Below, piece by piece: positions 1 through 9,197 of a stretch of DNA of 64,000 nucleotides; position 1 is the stretch's first letter; every line of letters begins with the position of its first letter. Origin of the DNA: Candidatus Bathyarchaeota archaeon (GTDB lineage: Archaea; Thermoproteota; Bathyarchaeia; TCS64). The DNA lies in NCBI GenBank assembly GCA_016930055.1, contig JAFGHP010000082.1, forward strand, positions 3-64,002. The letters run 5' to 3'. The position numbers were made by a program, and so were the translations under genes. A model generated the notes under the pieces. The model was not told where the DNA came from, ran no database searches, and saw only the letters and a program-made list of their open reading frames with translations.

Positions 1-241
1 CATATAAACACCTACATCCGTAAATCCCATTAATAATGCAACAATTAATAAAAATCCACCAGGGAAAACCATTGAAACACCTAATTTTCTTTCAGGTAAA
101 CCCTTTTTTAATATTGTTTTAAGATCATTAGTCATTATAGAAGGAAAAGCAGATGCAGTTGCATATATTAAAGGTAGTGTTATTAAAAGTACAAAGGGTA
201 GCATAGTTACAAACCAGAAAACGGTTAGTCCAATGGACATT
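1..241 (-). CDS. partial membrane protein, runs off the window edge; start only
   Basis: Minus-strand ATG at 241-239, 30 nt downstream of the stop of the 274-690 gene. Translation MSIGLTVFWFVTMLPFVLLITLPLIYATASAFPSIMTNDL... is hydrophobic. Open to position 1. Confidence 0.3.
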
Positions 242-273
242 ATTATTAAAGCTTCTAATGGAAGAGATACGTA

Positions 274-690
274 TTAATTTTGGTAAAGAAGTTTATATGC
301 AAAAACATAAAGAATAGAAACAATTGCATTAGCTAAAAATAATCCTGCATTAATTATAATAATAAATCTATCCCAACTAAATTTTTTCCAAAGCAATTTT
401 CCCATAAAATAAAACCCAATAAAGTTACCCGGTACTGCTGCAATTAAGCTACCGGGATATAAGTATCCATGTTTAATAGAATCAGCTAATAGAGTTCCAA
501 AAGCTGCTCCAATTCCTGCTGGTAAAGGACCAAAAATTATAGCAAAATAGGCAGGTATTACAACCGCGGGTCTAAATTGACCTACTCCCCATGGAGAGGG
601 AATATAAGCAGTTAAGTAAGAGCCTACAGCATAAAGTGCTGCACAAATCACTGTGACCATTATTTTTACAGATGCTCTTTCACTATTCAT
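274..690 (-). CDS. small polytopic membrane protein, ECF-transporter S-component/BioY-like; paralog of 5149-5850
   Basis: 138 aa with several hydrophobic helices, Gly/Pro-rich loops (IIFGPLPAGIGAAFG) and a W/K-rich interface helix. Resembles 5149-5850. Confidence 0.45.
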   Translation of the reverse strand: MNSERASVKIMVTVICAALYAVGSYLTAYIPSPWGVGQFRPAVVIPAYFAIIFGPLPAGIGAAFGTLLADSIKHGYLYPGSLIAAVPGNFIGFYFMGKLLWKKFSWDRFIIIINAGLFLANAIVSILYVFAYKLLYQN

Positions 691-834
691 GATATCACTA
701 TCATATGTTAATAATTTTGTTTTACTTTTATAGTGATTAATATTTTGGTGATTAATGAAAAATTATTTTAAAAAGTATAGTAATTTATTTTTTTTAACCC
801 ATATTTTTTAATGTAGTTAAATATACCTTAAATC

Positions 835-3327
835 ATGTTAAAAGAGAGAATTCCTACACCTGAGGAACATTTTGGTTTTAATATTGGTGATGATAGGAAA
901 CTTGCTGATTGGTCTGAAATAGTTGAATATTTTTGGGAAGTTTCAAAAAAAACTGATAAGATTATAGTTGAAGAGCTTGGTAAAACAACAGAAGGAAATC
1001 CGTTTATATTAGCAACTATTTCTTCCTCAAAAAACTTAAAAAATCTTGAAAAAATAAGAAAAATACAGTTACAATTACTAGATCCAGAAAAGCTATCAGA
1101 TAATGAAGCTGAAAAACTAATAATTGAAGGAAAAACTATAGTCATTATTAGTTGTAGCATTCACTCAACCGAAGTTGGTGGAAGCCAAATGAGTGTTAAT
1201 CTTCTCCATCATCTAATCTCTAGCGAAGATTCTAAAGTTAAAGAAATTTTAGATAATGTAATTCTACTTCTAGTTCCGTCTTTAAATCCCGATGGAAACA
1301 GAATTGTGTGTGAATGGTATAAAAAATATTTAAACACCCCCTATGAGGGGACCAGTCCACCATGGTTATACCACAAATATGCTGGTCACGACAATAATCG
1401 AGATTGGTTCATGTTTGTTCTTCCAGAAACCAAAATAGCTGTTGAAAAGATCCATAATAGATGGCATCCTCAAATAGTATATGATTTACATCAGATGGGG
1501 AAAAAAGGTCCAAGACTCTATGTTCCTCCTTACAAAGATCCTATTGATCCAAATGTTGATCCTATTCTAGTTTCTGGTATCAATTTTATGGGAATAAACA
1601 TGGCGCATGCCCTTACTATTGCAGGTAAGGGTGGAGTAACAATCGCATGGGGATTTGATGCTTGGACACCTGCTAGAGCATATCAACATTACCATGGTGG
1701 AATCAGAATATTAAGCGAAGCAGCAAGTTGTGATATAGCTACTCCAATTGAAGTAAAAGAATCAGAAATAGAAAATGAACGTGGATTTAAAGGAAGAGAA
1801 GCAAGATGGACTCATCCCCTACCATGGAAAGGAGGTAAATGGAGTCTTAAAGACATTGTTGAATACGAGTTTATTGCAGCAATGGCACTTTTAGATAATG
1901 CTGCTAAATTTAGAGAAAGATGGGTAAGAGGAAGCTATGAAATTGGTAAAAGAAGCCTTAAAATAACGAATAATCAAACAACATTCATAATTCCAAAAGA
2001 ACAGACTGATCCAGTAACAACCATTGAGTTATTAAATGTACTAAAAATGGGAGATGTAAGACTTTATAAAACTAATGAACCCTTAACAATGGATGGTAGA
2101 ACTTATTCTGACGGAACCATCATTGTTCCAACAAATCAACCTTATGGTAGATTTGCTAAAACCATGCTTGAAAAACAAAACTACCCTGACTTACGTATAA
2201 ATCCTACAGACGCACCAGAGATACCCTATGATGTAACTGCTCATACTTTAGGTTTGAATATGGGAGTAATTGTGGATCAAACCACAAATAAAATAAACTG
2301 TTCTTTGGAATTGGTAAAAGAAATCCATGTAAAAAAAGGTTTACTTTTTGAAGAGGGAAAACCATATTATATTTTTAATTCAGAAATTAATGCATCAACA
2401 AAAGTTACAAATCTACTTCTAAGAAAAGGTTACACTGTTCATAGAATTTGTGAATGGGAAGAAATTAATGGCACCATCTTTAAACCTGGATCATTTGTTG
2501 TAGAAGAAAAGGAAGGATTAGAAAAATTACTCAGAGAATTTACAGAAAACGGGATAAATTTCTATGGGATTGAAGAATTACCTGAGATAGCTTTCACTAT
2601 TAATGATCCAAAAATTGGAATCTATAAGAGTTGGAGTGGAAATGCAGATGAAGGATGGCTAAGATTGGTTCTTGAAGAATATAAATACGAATACAAATCA
2701 TTGTCTCCACAAGATATTAGGAATGGTAATTTAATAACTAAATTTGATGTAATAATTTTCCCCGACCAAGTAAGAGACTCCATTGTAGAGGGAATGAAAG
2801 CTCAAAGAGGTGCAGAACCATCAAAATATGAACCAAAATACAGGATAGGCTTAGGAGAAGAGGGAATAAGAGCGATTCAAGAATTTTTAAACGAAGGAGG
2901 ATCGGTAATCACTTTAAATAAGTCATCAATTTTTGCGATAAAGGATCTATTAGCTCCAGTTGAAAATGCATTAGAAGGATTAAAAGAACAGGAATTTTAC
3001 TGCCCCGGTAGCATTTTAAAAGTTAATGTTGATGAGAGTCATCCTGTAGGTTATGGGTACAGTAGAGAAGCCTCTGTTATGTTTGTAAATGGAGTTGCTT
3101 TTAATATGAAAGATGAGGGTTACGCTGTTGTAAAGTATCCAGAAGCAGATCCACTGCAAAGTGGATGGATTTTAGGTGAGAAAAAAATTAGAGGAAAAGC
3201 TGCAATAGTTGATATAAACGCAGGTAATGGTTACATGGTTTTATTTGGATTTAGCCCACATTTCCGTTATCAGACTAGAGGAACACTAAAAATGTTGTTT
3301 AATGCAATATATTATTGTGCTTCTTAA
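835..3327 (+). CDS. M14-family zinc carboxypeptidase-like protein with large C-terminal extension (paralog 1 of 3)
   Basis: 830 aa. N-terminal region carries M14 hallmarks: HSTEVGG (HxxE Zn ligands), NPDGN, GHDNNRDW (N-R substrate-anchoring residues) and a downstream His (YDLHQMG). C-terminal ~300 aa has a DJ-1/PfpI / class-I glutamine-amidotransferase-like pattern (DVIIFPDQ..., GGSVITLNKSS). Colinear with 18684-21218 and 34638-37160. Confidence 0.75.
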   Translation: MLKERIPTPEEHFGFNIGDDRKLADWSEIVEYFWEVSKKTDKIIVEELGKTTEGNPFILATISSSKNLKNLEKIRKIQLQLLDPEKLSDNEAEKLIIEGKTIVIISCSIHSTEVGGSQMSVNLLHHLISSEDSKVKEILDNVILLLVPSLNPDGNRIVCEWYKKYLNTPYEGTSPPWLYHKYAGHDNNRDWFMFVLPETKIAVEKIHNRWHPQIVYDLHQMGKKGPRLYVPPYKDPIDPNVDPILVSGINFMGINMAHALTIAGKGGVTIAWGFDAWTPARAYQHYHGGIRILSEAASCDIATPIEVKESEIENERGFKGREARWTHPLPWKGGKWSLKDIVEYEFIAAMALLDNAAKFRERWVRGSYEIGKRSLKITNNQTTFIIPKEQTDPVTTIELLNVLKMGDVRLYKTNEPLTMDGRTYSDGTIIVPTNQPYGRFAKTMLEKQNYPDLRINPTDAPEIPYDVTAHTLGLNMGVIVDQTTNKINCSLELVKEIHVKKGLLFEEGKPYYIFNSEINASTKVTNLLLRKGYTVHRICEWEEINGTIFKPGSFVVEEKEGLEKLLREFTENGINFYGIEELPEIAFTINDPKIGIYKSWSGNADEGWLRLVLEEYKYEYKSLSPQDIRNGNLITKFDVIIFPDQVRDSIVEGMKAQRGAEPSKYEPKYRIGLGEEGIRAIQEFLNEGGSVITLNKSSIFAIKDLLAPVENALEGLKEQEFYCPGSILKVNVDESHPVGYGYSREASVMFVNGVAFNMKDEGYAVVKYPEADPLQSGWILGEKKIRGKAAIVDINAGNGYMVLFGFSPHFRYQTRGTLKMLFNAIYYCAS

Positions 3328-3400
3328 TCCCTGTGAGGCTTTTTTAAATATTTTTTTATTTAAAAATGGAATTTTAATGCAATTATAGTTGTTTTTATAA

Positions 3401-4264
3401 TTAAGTATAAAGATTTTCTAAAAGATTTGAATAATCAAGATCTTCTTTAGTGACATTAAAATATTGGATTGAACTTAAAACTTCATTAATGCTTGAAAAA
3501 CCAGCTATTGTAGCACTAACCCCGGGTTGATCAAGAACATAAGATAAACATTTTAATGGTGTAGCATTTAAAGGAATTTTGAAAGTTTGTGATCTACCAC
3601 CAGTTTGATAAGCCGCAACCCTAACTTTTTTTCCGTACTGTAAAAGTTTTCCTCCAGCAAAAGGTTTCATGGCTATTACTCCAATGTTATAGTCTCTGCA
3701 AATTTCAAGAGCTTCATCACGCCCTGACATGTTATGATTAGCTAAATTTATTTGGTAAGTTATTACATCAATTTCCCCAGATTCAACTGCAAGTTTAACT
3801 ACTTCAGATGAATGGGTACTAATACCTACAGCTTTAGCTTTTTTATTATCTTTCAGATCTAAAGATAAATCAAGCAATCCATTCTTAATTACTTCTTTCC
3901 AAGTTTTTACATTTTTTATATAATGTAAATTTACTATGTCAATATTTTTCCTTTTTAAATCCATTAAAGTATTATTAAAATAATTTTCGCATTCTTCGCT
4001 TTTCCTAGAACATACGTATTTTCCATCAATTACTCCTGAACCCAAATGGATTTGAAACTTAACATCTTTATCTTTGGTTACTTCAGCTATGCCAGATGTT
4101 ATTTCAGGTAAAGCCCAAACCATGTCAATAAAATTAATGTTATACATTAAAGATGTTTTAACAATTGATGAAATTAAATTAATATCTAAACCTTTTAAGT
4201 GTTCAACTCCTAAGCCAATTACACTAGTTACTATACCTGATCTACCAAGAGTACGATATAACAT
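3401..4264 (-). CDS. aldo/keto reductase family oxidoreductase
   Basis: 287 aa with N-terminal MLYRTLGRSGIVTSVIGLG (AKR consensus LG.SGL.VS.LG.G) and a TIM-barrel-like pattern. Confidence 0.75.
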   Translation of the reverse strand: MLYRTLGRSGIVTSVIGLGVEHLKGLDINLISSIVKTSLMYNINFIDMVWALPEITSGIAEVTKDKDVKFQIHLGSGVIDGKYVCSRKSEECENYFNNTLMDLKRKNIDIVNLHYIKNVKTWKEVIKNGLLDLSLDLKDNKKAKAVGISTHSSEVVKLAVESGEIDVITYQINLANHNMSGRDEALEICRDYNIGVIAMKPFAGGKLLQYGKKVRVAAYQTGGRSQTFKIPLNATPLKCLSYVLDQPGVSATIAGFSSINEVLSSIQYFNVTKEDLDYSNLLENLYT

Positions 4265-4420
4265 AATAAAACCAATTTAATAAAGTAGGTTTAAGTTTAA
4301 AAAAATTAAGTATCATCCATAACTGTTATTCTTCAATTATCTCTACATTTGCTCGATGTACAGTAACTTTGTTACCATCTAAGAGTTTGATTACAAGAAC
4401 TCGTACAAGGCTTTCGGATT

Positions 4421-4594
4421 CTAATGGTTGAAGCTCAACAGGAAACTATCAACAATCCCAATAAGCCCAAAATAAGGTTGACGAATAATTCTTACATGAG
4501 TATCAGGAACCATCCCCGACTCTAATCCACCTCCGTTTTCCAGAATAATTTCTTGACGAGGAGGAACAATATGGTGGCAAAGATTTTTAGTCAT
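4421..4594 (-). CDS. unannotated 57-aa ORF translationally coupled to the upstream membrane protein
   Basis: Minus-strand ATG at 4594-4592 overlaps the TGA of the 4591-5070 gene as ATGA. Encodes MTKNLCHHIVPPRQEIILENGGGLESGMVPDTHVRIIRQPYFGLIGIVDSFLLSFNH. Below the 60-aa cutoff of the track. Confidence 0.3.
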   Translation of the reverse strand: MTKNLCHHIVPPRQEIILENGGGLESGMVPDTHVRIIRQPYFGLIGIVDSFLLSFNH

Positions 4595-5070
4595 TCATTA
4601 GGTTCTTCTTCCGTATTTTTATTTATATTTTCATCTTTTTGCAGTTCTTCCGATTGTGGTATTGAGTCCTCTTCATCTAAAGGTTCTTTAATTTCAGTTT
4701 CTTTTCTCGATTCTTGTTTATTTTTTTCTCTTTGATAAAAATAAACACCAATATAACCTCCTACAGAATAAGATACTAATAATATAACTACAAAAATGGG
4801 ACCTTTAATAATAAATAAATTGTATTGAACAAACATAGTTGTTAACCAAGAAATTATTGAAGATATTAAACCGACCTTATAATAATCATTAGTTGCTTTA
4901 TTACAGACTAAATAAGACGCTGCTACCCCACCCATCACATAAATTATAAAGGAAAGATAATCAAGGATAGGTAGATAGAATGTTGCATAATTCCATAAGA
5001 ATGGAAAAGAATTCGCAATTATTCCAGCGGTTAGATAATCGAGAAGATTAAGAGTTTTTTCTTCTTTCAA
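4591..5070 (-). CDS. hypothetical membrane protein with acidic low-complexity C-terminus
   Basis: 159 aa with four predicted TM helices, then an E/D/K-rich tail (EEDSIPQSEELQKDENINKNTEEEPNE). Confidence 0.5.
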   Translation of the reverse strand: MKEEKTLNLLDYLTAGIIANSFPFLWNYATFYLPILDYLSFIIYVMGGVAASYLVCNKATNDYYKVGLISSIISWLTTMFVQYNLFIIKGPIFVVILLVSYSVGGYIGVYFYQREKNKQESRKETEIKEPLDEEDSIPQSEELQKDENINKNTEEEPNE

Positions 5071-5148
5071 TTAAATCATCCTTCTTATGTTTAAGTAGAT
5101 AAGAACTAGTTAGAGCTATATTATTTCTTTTATGCAAAAAGATACGGG

Positions 5149-5850
5149 ATGTATATGATGAAGACGAAAACATTAGCATTAAGTACTATTTTAGCTGCAC
5201 TCTATGCTGCTTGTAGTTTTCTTCCAGGGTTTCCAGTAATTGGTGTTTCAGGATCAAAGATCGATATAGTAAGAGCCTTTGATATATTCTATGGGATTAT
5301 TTTAGGTCCATTTTATGGACCATTGGCTGCTTTTTTGGGTAGTTTTACTGGTAAATTTTTGTCTGGTGGTGGATTTAGTATTTTTCTTACACCTCTAGCG
5401 CCCATCACTGCTTTTGTAGCAGCTGGATTGTATCATGAAAAAATTTTTGGGATTAAAGGTTGGATCCTATCCAGCAGTATATCGACAATATTGATAATTG
5501 GCTGGTTTTTCACAGAAGTTGGTAGAGGAGCTCCCTTTTATCCAATACCTCATATTATTGGATTAATAATGATGATTTTATTTAAAAATAGAAATTTGAT
5601 GCTGTTTAATTCAAACAAGAGTGAAATGATCCCTTCAGCTATTTACATTAGTTTATCATCAACTTTGACAGGTCACATGTTGGGTAATTTAATCTTTCTA
5701 GCCTTTTTTGATACAACATCGACTTTTTTTATGGGTCTTTTACCTATTTCTATAATCGAAAGATCTGTTATCACAATAATTACAACAATTTTGATTGTCA
5801 GTAGTTTAAGAACAATATATAAACTGTATCCTGAATTAGTTAATAATTAA
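5149..5850 (+). CDS. ECF-transporter S-component-like membrane protein (paralog of 274-690)
   Basis: 233 aa polytopic membrane protein sharing the ALYAA...GPLAAFLGSFTG pattern with 274-690. Converges on folC. Confidence 0.45.
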   Translation: MYMMKTKTLALSTILAALYAACSFLPGFPVIGVSGSKIDIVRAFDIFYGIILGPFYGPLAAFLGSFTGKFLSGGGFSIFLTPLAPITAFVAAGLYHEKIFGIKGWILSSSISTILIIGWFFTEVGRGAPFYPIPHIIGLIMMILFKNRNLMLFNSNKSEMIPSAIYISLSSTLTGHMLGNLIFLAFFDTTSTFFMGLLPISIIERSVITIITTILIVSSLRTIYKLYPELVNN

Positions 5851-7150
5851 CTTGAAAATTATTTTTTAATATAATTTCTCTGGCTTCTCCTACTAGGAAA
5901 AGTGATCCTGTTATTAGAATAAGATCATTCTTTTGAGCTATATGAACAGCTTTGTTAAATGCTATTGTAAAATCTTGTGAAATTTCTGCATTTTTACCTA
6001 CTCTCCTAAATTCCTTAGCGATAATTTGAGGATCAGTTGATCTACTCTTAACCCTATGATTTGTTGCTATAATAAAATCAGAATATTTAGCTAATTCTTC
6101 TACCATTTTTGAAATGTTTTTATCAGATGAAATCCCAATTATGAGTATAAGATGTTTATAATCAAAAATTGATAACGATTTTGTTAAGGCTTTAACAGCT
6201 GCTTCATCTTTTGCACCATCCAATACAATTAAAGGATGATTCGAAACCACTTCAAGTCTTCCTGGCCATTTAACGTCTTTTATTCCTTCAATAATGGCTG
6301 ATTCTGAAATATCATACCCATATTTTTTCAAAGATTCAATTGCTGCAATGGCTGTCGCCGCGTTTATCGCTTGATGTTCACCTAAAAGTTTAGTAAATAA
6401 TTCATAACTTTGTCTTTTTCCATTTACAATAAAATGTAGACCTTCAAAATTTAATTTGATAATTCTATATGTAATGTCTTTACCAACTCTAATAATATTA
6501 GAAAATTTTTTATTACTGATATCTTTTAATAATTGAAATATTTCTTTATCTTCTGTTGCGGTCACAACTATACAATTTTCTTTAATTATACCTGCTTTAT
6601 TAGATGCGATTTCAAGTTTAGTTTCACCAAGAACGTTTGTATGTTCTAAACTTACATTAGTAATTATAGCTATGAGGGGATCAATAACATTGGTTGCATC
6701 GAGTAATCCTCCCATACCCGCTTCAATTATTGCGAATTGGGTTTCTTGTTCTGCAAAATAAGTAAATGCCAATGCAGTTAATATCTCAAATTGAGTTGGG
6801 TGTCGTGGATTATTTTTAGTTTCCATTTCATTTGCATTTATTTTTATTTTTAAAAGAATTCTTGTTGCATCATCTTCAGAAATTAATTGATTATTAATTT
6901 TTATACTCTCTAAAAAAGTAGATAAATGAGGTTTAGTAAATAAACCTACTTTAAAACCAGCTGATATTAAAATTGAAGCTATCATTGCAGCAGTACTACC
7001 CTTACCATTTGTTCCAGTGATATGTATCGTCCTTAATTTTTTCTGAGGGTTATTTAGTTTAGATAATAGAACTGTAATTGCTTCAAGCCCTAATTTTGAA
7101 CCTAATTTATCTGTTTCGTAGTACCAATTACTAATGTTTTCATAATTCAT
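5840..7150 (-). CDS. folC: folylpolyglutamate synthase / dihydrofolate synthase (Mur-ligase family)
   Basis: 436 aa. P-loop HITGTNGKGST typical of Mur ligase/FolC. The Mur-ligase central and C-terminal domain pattern is present. Confidence 0.8.
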   Translation of the reverse strand: MNYENISNWYYETDKLGSKLGLEAITVLLSKLNNPQKKLRTIHITGTNGKGSTAAMIASILISAGFKVGLFTKPHLSTFLESIKINNQLISEDDATRILLKIKINANEMETKNNPRHPTQFEILTALAFTYFAEQETQFAIIEAGMGGLLDATNVIDPLIAIITNVSLEHTNVLGETKLEIASNKAGIIKENCIVVTATEDKEIFQLLKDISNKKFSNIIRVGKDITYRIIKLNFEGLHFIVNGKRQSYELFTKLLGEHQAINAATAIAAIESLKKYGYDISESAIIEGIKDVKWPGRLEVVSNHPLIVLDGAKDEAAVKALTKSLSIFDYKHLILIIGISSDKNISKMVEELAKYSDFIIATNHRVKSRSTDPQIIAKEFRRVGKNAEISQDFTIAFNKAVHIAQKNDLILITGSLFLVGEAREIILKNNFQVNY

Positions 7151-7256
7151 ATGATAGAAATAATAGAACTACTTATTATTCTTAATTTTTAAATCGAAAA
7201 ACGATTTAAAATTTACATATTTAGAAGTATATTTAATTAAGGCAATAAACTAAAGT

Positions 7257-7670
7257 GTGGATTATATGGATTTACCTGGTGAGACCAAAAATTATTTTGC
7301 TGGTGCAGCTGTCGCTTTTAGTATTGTTGTAATAGTTAATCAATTATTAAATTTCTTAATTTCTGGTTATGATGCAAATACAGTTATTTCAATGGAAGTT
7401 CATTTAGGAATGGTACAATTAAGTGCACATGTAATTGGAGGATTTTTAGCGGGTTACCTCGTAGCAAAAAAACTTGAATCAGATTATATTCTATCAGGTA
7501 TAACCGTAGGTCTTTTATCTTATTTATTTGATGCAATATATATCTCATTTTTTGGAAATAATTTCATGCCTGAATTTTGGGCTTTAGGAGGATTCATAAT
7601 CTCCGGAGCGGGAGGAGCCTATTTAATTAGGAAAAAACAGATAGAATCGGATAAAAAAGAAGATAAATAA
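7257..7670 (+). CDS. hypothetical small membrane protein
   Basis: 137 aa with 3-4 hydrophobic helices and a Gly-rich region. No recognisable motif. Confidence 0.45.
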   Translation: MDYMDLPGETKNYFAGAAVAFSIVVIVNQLLNFLISGYDANTVISMEVHLGMVQLSAHVIGGFLAGYLVAKKLESDYILSGITVGLLSYLFDAIYISFFGNNFMPEFWALGGFIISGAGGAYLIRKKQIESDKKEDK

Positions 7671-7764
7671 AAAGTATAAAATTATTGTTATTCTAAATAG
7701 ATCAAGATTAATTAATTTTGTAACATTTATGTGATAAAGTATATATCCATGTTATAATTTTCAT

Positions 7765-9048
7765 GTGATATTCGAGTTGAGAAAGGAGTTTATGTCTAAA
7801 AAAAAGATAGTTTTAGCTTATTCTGGAGGTTTAGACACTAGTGTTATGCTAAAATGGCTTCAAGAACAATATAAAAGCGATGTAGTTAGTCTCACCATAG
7901 ATGTAGGTCAAGGTGATGACTTGAAAAAAATTGAGCAAAAAGCATGGGATCTTGGTGTTGTTAATCATTATACTATGGATGTAAGAAAAGAATTTACTGT
8001 AGAATATGTTTATCCTGCAATTAAAGCAAATGCTTTATACATGGATACTTATCCCATCAGCAGCAGTCTTAGTAGACCACTAATTGCTAAAAAGATGGTT
8101 GAAGTCGCAGAAATTGAAGGAGCATATGCTGTTGCGCATGGTTGTACAGGTAAAGGAAATGATCAAGTTCGCTTTGATGTTACAATTAAAGCATTAAATC
8201 CAAATTTGAAGATAATTGCACCAGTGAGAGAATGGAAATTTGACAGAAATTCTGAAATTATTTGGGCTAAAGAACATAATATTCCTGTTCCAGTAACAAT
8301 AGATTCACCTTATAGTATAGATCAAAACCTTTGGGGAAGAAGTATTGAAGGCGGTATTTTAGAGCATCCTGAAGAAATAGCTCCAAAAGAGATTTGGGAG
8401 TGGACAAATCATATCGAAGACACTCCTAAGGAACCCGAATATGTTACAATTGGATTTGAAAAAGGGGTTCCAACAAGTATTGATGCAGTAGAGATGGATC
8501 CAGTTAGTATTTTAGAAAAAATAAATAGTCTTGCTGGAAAACATGGAATTGGACGTTGCGAACACATGGAGGATCGCACTGTAGGTCTGAAAAGTAGAGA
8601 AATCTATGAAGTTCCTGCAGCAGAAACTATTTTAGCAGCACATAAGGATCTGGAAAAAATGGTTTTAACCGTACACCAAATGTTGATGAAAAGAGAAATA
8701 GATCATAAATGGACTACACTCGTCTATCAAGGTCTATGGGTTGATCCCCTAAAAAAGGATCTTGAAGCTTTCATAAATAGTACCCAAGAAAACGTAACAG
8801 GGTGGGTTACAATGAAACTTCATAAAGGTAGTGCAAAACCAGTTAAACGTGGAAGTGAATATAGCTTATATGATTATAACTTGACAAGCTTTGACGTAAA
8901 TATTAAATATGATCAACATGACGCAATTGGTTTCATTGCATTATGGGGTTTACCAAGTGTAACAAGTTGGAATCTCAAAAGAAAAATAATTGAGCAAAAA
9001 GACATAGAGCAAGTACAAAAAGTTACAACACCTCAAAAAAACAAATAA
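7765..9048 (+). CDS. argG: argininosuccinate synthase
   Basis: 427 aa. N-terminal AYSGGLDTS PP-loop ATP pyrophosphatase motif. Typical ArgG length and layout. Confidence 0.9.
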   Translation: MIFELRKEFMSKKKIVLAYSGGLDTSVMLKWLQEQYKSDVVSLTIDVGQGDDLKKIEQKAWDLGVVNHYTMDVRKEFTVEYVYPAIKANALYMDTYPISSSLSRPLIAKKMVEVAEIEGAYAVAHGCTGKGNDQVRFDVTIKALNPNLKIIAPVREWKFDRNSEIIWAKEHNIPVPVTIDSPYSIDQNLWGRSIEGGILEHPEEIAPKEIWEWTNHIEDTPKEPEYVTIGFEKGVPTSIDAVEMDPVSILEKINSLAGKHGIGRCEHMEDRTVGLKSREIYEVPAAETILAAHKDLEKMVLTVHQMLMKREIDHKWTTLVYQGLWVDPLKKDLEAFINSTQENVTGWVTMKLHKGSAKPVKRGSEYSLYDYNLTSFDVNIKYDQHDAIGFIALWGLPSVTSWNLKRKIIEQKDIEQVQKVTTPQKNK

Positions 9049-9197
9049 AACCATATCTTAAAACTTTTTAAAATTAATTAACCTAAATAAAGGCTTAATT
9101 TAAATAATTAACTAAGTGAAACTAAAAATTTATAATATATTAATATCCTACCAAAATGCATTTAGATTAATATAATAAATAAATATGAGGTATATAC

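Noticed and set aside
4421-4594. Idea that the 57-aa coupled ORF is a remnant of urease beta subunit (the N-terminus vaguely resembles the MIPGE...IxLN start of UreB).
   Set aside because: Similarity does not extend beyond ~20 residues, and no other ure genes are nearby. Treated as an unrelated small ORF.
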